From Antedon mediterranea (lineage: Eukaryota > Animalia > Echinodermata), in contig NC_092680.1 in assembly GCF_964355755.1 (NCBI RefSeq), positions 186,001 through 250,000 of the forward strand: 64,000 nt of DNA, read 5' to 3'. Below, one piece after another: positions 10,211 through 22,200 of this stretch. A program made the translations under genes and the position numbers. The notes beneath the pieces are model-generated. The model did not search any database and was not told the DNA's origin. It saw nothing but the letters and a program-made list of their open reading frames with translations. Position 1 is the first letter of the stretch, and every line of letters begins with the position of its first letter.

Positions 10211-13200
10211 ATGAACGCCACCAAACTGTCAAAAAAACTGAATATTTTTAAATGTAAGTACACTGGTTGCTTCTTTATTGTTATCTTTATGTATAATTTA
10301 TGAAAGGTTTTTTGAAGGCGTTTTAAGCTAGCCTAATAATTGCAACAACCACAAGTGACAGTGTGGCCTGTCTGTGTGGTGAATTCCGTGTCGTGCGTGA
10401 GGTGTGTAGCCTAGAGATGAGGCTGAACCAATGCCAGATAATTGCCTGATGATGTTGAATAGGCCTAGCCTATACCTCGAACCTTATCTTCAGACGTCTG
10501 AGGCTAAGCCTGTGTGTCTCTTTGTTTATACTCAACGTAAGTATAAGGAGACGATTGCAGTTACATTGGCAAATTAATGTTTAATTCTGATTAGAACAGA
10601 AGATTTATTGGCGCTAATGCAGTTTCGTACCCACCCCTTAAAATTACTCAAAATGATTTCAATACTTCATCTAGCCTACTCACGAGTTGTCTACAGCATT
10701 CAGCAAGCATAAAATGGTAAAATATCGATAATTTCTTATTTATAACTATTTTTAATCAATTAATAATTGAGCACCCTTCAGAAATCCATCGCCAGCTGAG
10801 CTTCGCGAAAATCATCGCTAGGCCTGCCGATGAAAGTACGGAGGCCTCATAGGGCATCGATCTATAGAGGACGCTGTTATATGATCATTATTATGGCGAT
10901 AATAAAATATTTTTTACATGTTCCTCGTGAAACGGATTTTAAGTTTTTTTCATAAAGAAATATTTTGTGTTTAATTATGTTGAATTCTATTTATTTTGAA
11001 TGTTGTGTGTTACTGTCTTGTCAAATTATATTTTTTGTAAGGGTCCCTAATGATCAGCTTCGGCTGGATGGACCACCCTCATAAAATATTGTTGAAATAA
11101 ATTAATGAATAGACATGAAATGATGTAAATTCGTGTCAGCAGAAGTAAAATAAATTCTAGTAATTGATGGAAAACATTTTTATTATAATTATTGTATTAC
11201 TGTACATTACATTTCAATAAATGATATCTTTCTGTTTTTGTTGCATTTCCTATTTCCATGTATTTGAAGAGGTCTTTCATAGGTGAATAAAAAATGTTAA
11301 TTAATAATAATATACTTCTCTAAAATCTTAAAACAGGGAAACCATTAGCGTTTCTAGTATAGCTAGTGATAACAAATACTAAAACAATTAATTCGTCATA
11401 GCTTGATTATTGTGTTATAACATTAACAATGTAACTCAGGAATGAAGTACTGTAATGCTTTTTATTCATTTCATTTATTTATTTGACCTACAAACCATAA
11501 TGTAAAATAAACTAAAACAGAGGAAAATTGGTCAGTACTTATATCTTCAAGAGTCAGCAGTTCCATATTTATCTTCTTTTCTGTGTGAAATTCTACTAGT
11601 AAAATGAAAGAACAAATTAAAAACATAACATAATTATGATGATACCCACAATGATGAATACAGCAATTGTATAGTATTTCTTTTCTTTATTAAAAATACG
11701 AAACGCATGTCGGAAATAAGGAAAATTATAATTATTTGGTGCGTGCTTTAAACGTTAGTAACTACGCCCTCTATAGAACGCAACTGTTTACTCTATAGAG
11801 TTAATGTCCTGTGAGGCCTCCGTACTTTTATCGGCAGGCCTAGCGATGATTTTCGCGAAGCTAGGCTGGCGATGTATTTCCGAAGGGTGCTCAGTATTAA
11901 TTGATTAAAAATAGTTTTAAATAAAAAATTATCGATTTTTTACAATTTTATGATTGCAGAATGTTGTAGACAACTCGTGAGTAGGGCCTAGGTTTGATGA
12001 AGATTTTGATTGAGTAATTTTAAGGGGTGGGTACGAAACTGCATTAGCGCCGATTTATTTAGGCCTAGTGCATTTGTATCGTTTGTCGAGAAGTTTGCTT
12101 TCAATCAACACTCAATGTCAACAGTTCCACAAATTATAGAAATCATTATTTAATTATATTCCTGAGAAATGGTCATCACTTCGCGAGGCAAATTTCATGT
12201 GTGCCCCACTAAAGCACAATCATGCGTATATCTTTGTTGTTTAAAATGAGTGAATAGGTGGTATAAACCAGCAGGATAATTGTATGGCCTTAAAAATTGG
12301 CAAAGTTGCATCAAATAGTCATTGTCATTCTAGCTCAAGTATAGTTATGATAATAAGTAATGTATTCCAAAATGTTTATCTTACAAGAATATTATTATTA
12401 AGCCAAATTATCGTCATCTTGAACAAAGACATTGATTGAATGTTCTGCTTTTATAGTTATTTAATAATGCTTTTTGCACATTTTTCTATGACATCTACAG
12501 CATTATAATTTTTAAGTACCGTACTGTTCTAATTATCATTTGAAATGTTTAAAGCCAATGTGTCACATTAAAAACAACATTGATTGTATCCAATACTTCC
12601 CTTCTCTCCTAATTGATTTTTGCCTAAGGGAGACTAATTAAATCCAAATCAAAACTATACTTAATCCTCATTTAAGTACCTACTTTAGTTATTTATAATT
12701 TCCCAAAAAGTGCATTTTATTACTTTTTTTTTTACTGTAAATAACTTTAAAAGACTGGTTTTGCACACATTATTTTTTTCACATACTTTCATGATTCCAT
12801 TAAATTTCAAGAACTCTAATTGCAAAATAATGACGACATTTCAAACTTTGTGCGTTGTCTAATGGGCAACTTACTGCAAATTTGTGTATAAACATACTGT
12901 ACCTATTTTGAATCTAGCTTATGATTTTACCCCCAATTTTGTTAACTTATGGAAGCTGATGACTTGTACTGTAGATATTAATCAATGTAACATTTTTACC
13001 CATTGGACGCTGTAACATCATGGTGAAGCTTTTTAGCCTTGCTTACCGTATTGTGACATTTACATAATTACATGCTGGCTATAAGTATGCTGAATATACT
13101 CAGGTTTGCATTCTGTGGGATTTTTTTCTGATTATTTAGCTTAAATATTTGGAAAAGCCGGACAATTCAGGATTGGGCATGACACAACTTAAAAAGCGGG

Positions 13201-16200
13201 ACAATTCCGGGTTGGGCGGGACACAACTTAAAAAGCGGGACAATTCAGGGTTGGGCGGGACACAACTTAAAAAGCAGGACAATTCCGGGTTGGGCGGGAG
13301 ACAACTTAAAAAGCGGGACAATTCCGGGTTGAGCGGGACACAACTTAAAAAGCGGGACAATTCCGGGTTGGGCGGGAGACAATTTAAAAAGCGGGACAAT
13401 TCCGGATTGGGCGGGACACAACTTAAAAAGCGGGACAATTCAGGGTTGGGCGGGCCACAACTTAAAAAGCGGGACAATTCCGGGTTGGGCGGGACACAAC
13501 TTAAAAAGCGGGACAATTCAGGGTTGGGCGGGAGACAACTTAAAAAGCGGGACAATTCCGGGTTGGGCGGGACACAACTTAAAAAGCGGGACAATTCAGG
13601 GTTGGGCGGGACACAACTTAAAAAGCGGGACAATTCAGGGTTGGGCGGGACACAACATAAAAATTCCGCCAAATCTATGTGTAAAGTTAAATTTAAACTA
13701 TACTGAGTTGTTTAATTTAATGGATGAATTGTCACAATTTATTCTTTTATTGTCAGTATAATTGACTATTTATAAAAGATTGATGTACTGTAATGCAAAA
13801 TGTATAAATGATTTATGTACCCAGGTGCTTTATCTTAAAGGGAAAAGTAACTAATGATACTCACTGAACTTCTGTACTTAAATTCTCTGTTAGTTAAATT
13901 TTATCTTATCTTTATGTCAACTTAAACAATTGGGTTGATATTATAAATAAGTGCCACAGTCATACACTAACTAAGCACCATCAGCCAAATAAGCACCACA
14001 GTCAAATAAGCAACGCATAAGGACAGGTAAATAAATACGAAGCATCCTCATTTTGTGTTGGTATGTTTCAGCGTTGACAACCATTATTAGACAGTGTGTG
14101 CCGCAGTTGGGAAAACACAAATAATAATCATTTGAATCGTCAGATTTAGTTAGGATAGGGAAATGGTATTTATTAACTAAATCTACCATACTGTATGCTC
14201 GACACGCAATCATCATAATACCTTTTTAGAGCCATGTTTAACTACGATCTACCAATGCGCCGTAATCTACCAATGCGCCGTAATCTACCAATGCGCCGTA
14301 ATCTACCAATGCGCCGTAATCTACCAATGCGCCGTAATCTACCAATGCGCCGTAATCTACCAATGCGCCGTAATCTACCAATGCGCCGTAATCTACCAAT
14401 GCGCCGTAATCTACCAATGCGCCGTAATCTACCAATGCGCCGTAATCTACCAATGCGCCGTAATCTACCAATGCGCCGTAATCTACCAATGCGCCGTAAT
14501 CTACCAATGCGCCGTAATCTACCAATGCGCCGTAATCTACCAATGCGCCGTAATCTGCGTGAAACATTTTTACACATATTTTTTTTCTATTGTAAGTAAT
14601 CTTCGAAGTTTGTAACATATTCCAATTTTGACCCTTCTTTTCCACAAAAAAACAAAAAATACTGTATATTTTGCATGAACAATGTTGTCAATAAATACAT
14701 GCTATTTGTAACTGAAAATTGTTTAATTTATCCACAGATCTTTATCTTTGTAGCAGGTTTTGTCTGACGTTATAAATAAACATTAAAGAAGAAGATTTGT
14801 GATGCAATATTATCATTTCAAGTTTCTATTTTTAAAAAAAAACAAGCTATATATTAAGGATCATACTATACATTGGAAATAAAATAGAAAGTGCCTGAAG
14901 AAAGGTTAGGTGATTACAGTGCTGTGAAGATGCTGAGAAGTGGTATGTTCCTGTTCATTGTTATTCAAAACCTTTAATATTTATAAAAATTATTTATTAA
15001 ACATACACTTTTGCTACTACAGCCCTGGAATTTCACCTTGGCAATTGCCGACTACTGTATAATAGTATCGGTTTAAACGGACATTTGAAGCAGATAAAAT
15101 GACATACAGTACACTGTAACTTGGCTTGGAATAAAGTTCTCCTTCATTAGATCTACAATGTAGACCCTTGTGTGTACCACCACATAGAATTTACCACCAC
15201 ATGTTGTGTAATGACCAGCAAGTCATCATCTTCTATTTATTTAGTGCAGCCTACAGTATTGTGTACAGTTTACCAATAGTATTTTATCTCTTACATCATA
15301 ATAAAGCCAGACAAAGAATTTGAATAGAGGAAATAGAATTGAATAGGATGATACATTTGAATAATTGTCTTTAAACACAATGGTCTGACTGGTTCTAAGG
15401 GAATTCCTATTGAACTCTTTCAGGACTTCATTTCACCATGATTTTATAAAAGTGCCTTTTATTTTAGTTTTATACAGTTTTAGTATGTTTTTTTTTTGTG
15501 GTTCAATTCAAATAAAATTTTAAATCATGAAGGTTGCCACAAGTGATTAAGATAGACCTTTTTAAGTGTAGTTGCCTTGGAACCTTGGGCAACTGATTCT
15601 GCAGTATGGAGAAATATCATTAATAATACCGCTGATGTACAGTAGTATTAGAGCAGGTAACTGTAAATAGTACAATTACTTTGTTAAACTGTCTTTCTTG
15701 CATGTAAAACACACACAGACAGTGAACATGGAGTGCACCAACTTTCATAATTAATAATCAATGTTTTCTAATTATAGTACCAAGATACAGTACTTGATGA
15801 TTATTACCTTGAAATTCAATATGGTATAATTAATGATTAAAAAATGACTTTACAGACAATGGTAAACATAAGACACTTATTGATATTCAAGTTCATATGT
15901 GTGCTGGTATCACTAAATTAAATAGTTTAACTTAATATTACAGCACAGTAAATTCAACATACCCTTAACTTAATTAAATTTAAAATTAAACCATTTTACT
16001 AGTGGTACCAATTTGTTTTTATTTTTCTTTACTTTTTAAGTACCACCACATTGGTATTTATATTTCTGAGTGTTGTCTATTAGTATTATAAATACAGTAT
16101 TCACAATTTAGTTGCTAGTGTGTTGTCAATATTATATGTAGTTTTATGCACAGTTAGCAGGTTCAAGGACATTTTTACTTCTTAGTATAGTAACAAAGGT

Positions 16201-19200
16201 TAAAGTTCACAATGCTTATGGCACCACCTTTGATAAATACTGTACTATAGTTGTTGAATAATTATAACAATAAATGTATGTGCACAATACTAGTAACATT
16301 TATGGATACCTGATTTACAGTACAAACTTAAACATTGCGAATAAAAAGAACATTAAAATTAAAAACAAGAAATATTTTTTACACAAAATATCGCTCAATT
16401 TTTTTAACATAACAATTTAAATTATTGTTCTTTTTTGGCTTGGCAGTTGATACAGTAGATCGCTGTTTAATTCCGAAAACAAAGGCCTAAGAAATGCTTT
16501 TGTTTAAATACTGCGCATAAACAGTGCCAAAAGTGTTAATTGTAAAATAACATATTTGTTTTGGGAAAATGTTATCTTACCAGTTATCTTAAATTATAAT
16601 CTCTGGGCTAGGACTGCTTGATTCGGGGGGGAAATATTTAAAATCGGGAATTTCGGAAAAACTTGGGACCTCTGTTACACTCATAAATTGACAATCGCCA
16701 CCGGTTGTTGCTATTTATTCGCCATACAGTAGTATGGTTACTGATTTGGCGAAGAGGATAACATTTTTCCGCCATATCCATTTCCTGATCGCCATTGGTA
16801 ACTTGGTGAATGGTTAGCATGAGCTTAACTTACGCCGACGTATGTGTGAACATACACTTAAGTTTCAGCATACCATTATCCATGTGACATTGATTACATC
16901 TGGGTAGTAATTTAAGTGGTTAACATCAGTAGTATTTATTTAAGCAGTTAACTGTCAATGTCTAACCAGGCAGGAATTCTTCATTAAAGTATCCAACTTA
17001 ATGCACTCTTAACCTTCCCAAATACTGCATAGTATTTTTGTTTGAAACCCCCAGTGGTGGCGCCAGCATTTGCCAGATGAAGTTAGCATCCATTAGCTGG
17101 GGCCGTCAAGGGGGATGAAGCTAACTGCATAACATGGACCTTGGGTCAGGGGTGCAAAGTGATAATTTTCCTGGTTACTATAACTATGACCCAGTATAAT
17201 ACCCTGTCTGCCCAAACAAAAAACTATCTAACGGGACGTCTGGCCCACTAGGGTTTGGGCTGAGGTAACATGTTATGTTCCCTCCGACCGTGCCATGCGG
17301 TCTTCGCCAAACAGAAGATAAGGGATGTTAAACTGTGGCCATTATTATTTATATAAAACTATAGTTCATCTTCTGTATTTCCATTAAATTAATTGAATCA
17401 CTTTTATTTGTTTTTTCAGGTGATGGATTACGGATGGCATTTTCACCGAACGAAGCACCAATCTACGTAAGTGAAATTACATTTTTAGTTATTACAATAA
17501 CAAGTCAAAAATGTTGATCATCAACATCATCTCGAACCATACAGCAAGTGAGCCCTTGCCGATGTAATGGCTAACTGTACATAATTATAGTTCCACTGTC
17601 TTAAACCGCTCACTCACTCACTCACTCACTCTCTAGATCGATTGAATACTGTAGAGGCCTACAGCATGTATACTAGCGTATTGATTTAATAACTGATATT
17701 TTAAGGGAATTTACATTTTTGAATATCATTGTTGAATTGTCAGCGTTTTTGATTTGCTTTCCTGGGTAATTATGCGAGTAGAGTAAATTTATGAATTTAA
17801 AATGTTCAAATACAAACCAGTAAATCAATTGTCACTAAATGAAATGCTACCTGTGAAGTTTACAGTATGTAGTGAATCAACAGCCTGTTACTCTGTTTTG
17901 TTTTCTATACCATTGTCAATGCATTTTGTTTAGATAGCAAAAACTATTGATTATCAAGTTGATTTGTCTTTTTAATATAATTTACTGATTTGCATAATTT
18001 ACTTTGACCACATTTAAATTATCTTCATAATTCGTAACAACAGGGAGCACTATTAATTAATTTTGTGATAGAAAAAAATGTTCAACTCAAAATATATTTA
18101 CAGTAGAGTACATTGTATTATCATATTTAACCATGGAACATACATTTAAGACAAGGAATGACCTGGTTTAATGTTTTTAAAGCAATGCATTATTTTTTAC
18201 AAAACATCAAAAATTGTGGGAAAAGTGTCTTTAATATTTAATAAGTAACATTCAGAAGTCGGAAATAAGCTCTATGTAAGCCCGAAGTATTGCCAGTAAA
18301 GATTCAATTTGTAAGTTACTTCAATCTTACTAACACTGACAACTTTCTCAATAAGAAGTCTCAAGAATAAATGTGCTACTTCCATGTATACAGGTCTGAA
18401 GTAATGTACACAAGAAATGTAATGTTACGCACCTTTTATGCATCGTGTGGACGCTTATCTGAAGTAACGCCTGCATATAATTTCATGTTCGGCGTAACTT
18501 TACCTCGGACATACTGTACAGTACGTCCGTCTGAACATAACTATTGATAGCATATTGGCCAGAAGTTAATTACCAATTGTTGTTTGTCTCTATCTCTGAC
18601 GTATTTTGATATCTTCTATTCTAAATGTTTATATAAGGTTACAGTAAGCTGTTGTTTACTTCATTTACATTGTAACATAGCAACACAGGCTGTTTATTCT
18701 ACCAAAACAGTCAGGAAACGAGTAAAGTTGAACCAGTTCCTGTTACAGTTCCTACAGATTATAAAATAGCCAGTGGAGCATACACTTGAAGTTGCCTCTT
18801 ATCAAACATTGATTCAAGTGTAATTATTTTGCTGGTTCCCTGTGTCATGTGCAGTACTGTACTCAGAGTAAAAGCTCGGAGAATATCTTGCAATTAAAAC
18901 TGATGGAAATAAATAATTTGCGATTTATAGTAATATTGTACTACCGAGAATATTGAATGGCAATTACTGACTTTGCTAGTTCTGGGGAAGATTGAACTGT
19001 CTGTTTACACTTTGTGGAGATTAGTCATATTATTTAATATTTTAATGAAGATTTTATAACTTCTGTATTTGTTTACTGTACACATGGTCATTTTGGAAAT
19101 TATAATCTACTGTATTAGAATAGATACTAAAGAAGATACTGTAAATGATTGCATTATAATGCAAGTTATAGATGATGGGAAGTATTGTAATGTTTACCAG

Positions 19201-22200
19201 TGGTCAACATGGACATGATTAATTGTAGGATCAATTACACTTCATAATTGACTTACTAGTAACTTTGCCAGTTTTTATTACCCAGCTGTGTCAACATTTC
19301 CTTGTGTCCATTTGGGGTTTATGGAATACTCTTTAGTATAGTGTACTTGCTTGAAGACAAAAATCATAAGTTTAATTATTGATGATTGAAATTAAATTAT
19401 GGTTTAATCCGATTGGATAAAATGTTTGGTTAATTTTCTAGCTAAATCAAAATGATTGTGTTAGTATGCAGGCTATACGATGAGATGTCATTTCCTTTAA
19501 TTGCGTTTCTAATGAACTGAAATTTTTAATTATCTTGGCAAATTATTTGATTTTATTTTAATGAAATTTGGGCAGAGCTTAAATCAATTTAGTTCTTTTA
19601 TTATTGTTCATTCAAGGTGTTGAAATTAAAGATCAAGTTTTTATATCAAAAGATGCCAACAATATTTGCAAGGGTATTTAACTGATCACTGATTGTATAA
19701 GGAAATAAATACAGTATCAATTATCTTATCATTGGTTTATTTTGAGATTACACGTCAGTTCCTATATGATCATAATGATAGCAATATAAACATTACAGAA
19801 CTTTATACTGTCTTTTGAAGAGTTCTGTATCAAAATCCACCATTCAAAAGATTCAAAGAGTTTTGTTATGACTGTGTTGAAAAACTGCTGATCTGTACAA
19901 CATTGATATTTGTTTTGTGCTGTGACCAGATGCATCATGAATTTGTGGAAATAATCATACTAGTTGAAATAATACATTTGAACTGTTTTCTTGGTAAGAA
20001 GTAAAACTTGTACACTTGAAGTTGAAAAAGAAAAGGTAGCATTTTTAATGCAACCCTGAACTTCGAATCACTTCAGACATTTGCAGCTTTTATCTGTGCT
20101 TCTAAATATGGATTGCAAGAAGTAGAGATATACAGTAAAAGCTCATTAGACCGGATGTTCTCATGAATTTGAATGTTAATCAGTTAACAATGCCTCATTA
20201 TTTTCAGGTAAATCTTTGTACCTTTGTCTGTAAAGTCTGAACTTAGTGTCATCTTTTGTTGCGATGTTATCCAAGCGTAACTGACTTGTTAGCTCTTGGT
20301 TGAAACCAGAGCCCATCATTACAGTCTACAGTACATACTATGAACATTTACTTGAAGGATCTAAATGTTTTAACAATTGTGAAATTATAAAGAATTGTTT
20401 TACTTGGGGTATTCTAAATCAGAGGATGGTCAACTTGTGAGATAATAACATGGAGCAGAAGTTTTTCAATTTGCTTTCTGTGCCGACATTTCAGACATTT
20501 TGTAACTTTCTTGCAAGGTTTCGTTGGTGTGTTTATTCATTGGTAAGTTACTTTACACTACAGTCAGAAGGTACTGTATTCTATACTTTGTACAATAGTA
20601 GCAATTTAAAGGTGCCATGCTTTAGAGTTTTAAGTAATTCTCTTCAATATGATCAAATGGTTTTGACGATAAATTACATTATTTTTAACTAAATTAAAGA
20701 TAGTACTGTACTGTAACTCCAATACAGTCAGTATACATTGGAAAATTAAACTTTTGATCCATTTTAATTGAAATGTTAAATCTTTAGTTTTATATTGAAA
20801 TGATATGCAACTTTGAACTGAAAAATAATAGTTAGCATTTAGACAGTACAGTAAGGTCCTGTCCTGAAAAAATTAATCCTGGTTATTTTTGGAAAACCAA
20901 CATTTATTCTGTTTTTAAAAGAATTGTCAGATACAAGAACTGGTTGTTACGCCGGTATTCAACACAAAAACACTTGATACTTTAGTACTACTGTATGTAC
21001 AGTAACAAATTATATTAAACTGTGTTTTGTAAAAGTACAACTTTTTATTTGGTTAATTAGATGAGAATTGCAACTGGAGTATCGGACTCCGGTACGTAAT
21101 TTAAAGACCCCTTCCCTGCAATTTTGGACGTTTTTTGGAAAATAATACATATATATCACTTTAAAAACATTAAACCATGTCATTTCTTGTCTTAAATGTA
21201 CGTTTTATGGTAAATTATGATAAAAAGTGAGAAACAATGCACTACCTAAGTAGCTCGCGGCGATCGACCTCTCGTGGACGGTCTTAGGCCTAGCCTAGCT
21301 AGGCTTAGTTTTGTAGGCCTAGCTGGTAAACATCGGTAACGTACGAACATCGTACGCGAGCTACTGTATATACCTAGCCTGACGTTGTATAGTTGCTGCA
21401 TTAATTGTCTTTCTATTTTTGCCAGACTCCGTTGATACAAATTGGGGAAAACCCGGTATTTTCGCTGAAAAGTTAGGAGTCTTTCATTTGTTTTGGCCTC
21501 ACGATCGATCGAAAAGTGGGCGAATTACAGGTGAAAAACAAAAATATCAATCCGCGCGCAATGCATTTTGGGATTTATAGCGGGCCGCTATAATTATTAG
21601 AATCGACTTATTTTTCACATTTTTAACCATTTAAAGACGAAAAAAGTTATCGCAATAGGACCATATAGTATTATTTTTACATTAAATATAGTTTGTGATC
21701 TTAAATTAGATCTAAAAAACGTAGGGAATGGGGCTTTAACTAAAAACATAGTATTGTGGAATTGACTTTTATGTTTAGTTTTATGATATTTGAAAAAGCA
21801 ATCGTTCAAAGCAGAGTGCTACAGTAGTAGTCATAAAGCACAGAGTGCTACAGTAGTAGTCATAAAAAATCAAGAGTTCTAACCAAACATATCGACGCCC
21901 ACAACATTTTGTACTTTAGGCCATTTGTTTGTTTTATTACTCCACTTTAATTTGTAATAAAACACTTTGTAACAAAAAATATAAATATGTTAATATTATT
22001 GAAGGACAGTATGCCAAGCTTAAAAATTGTAACTAACAATAGTTTAAACTTAATGACATTTATTTTATACTCAGTATTGTGCTTTATTAGCATTTAACCA
22101 TACTACTAATACAAATTATTATTAAATTATTATTATTATTATTATTCTGTGAAATCACAGAAAACATCAATTTGGCCACAATGGTGGATTGTTGTAAAAA

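Noticed and set aside
13136-13706. 178-aa and 185-aa ORFs, one resembling a neuropeptide precursor with KKR sites
   Set aside because: Both strands are open only because the 39-bp unit lacks stops in those frames. There is no signal peptide or splice support, and it lies in an intron.
14234-14645. Three repetitive ORFs
   Set aside because: Translations of a perfect 18-bp minisatellite.
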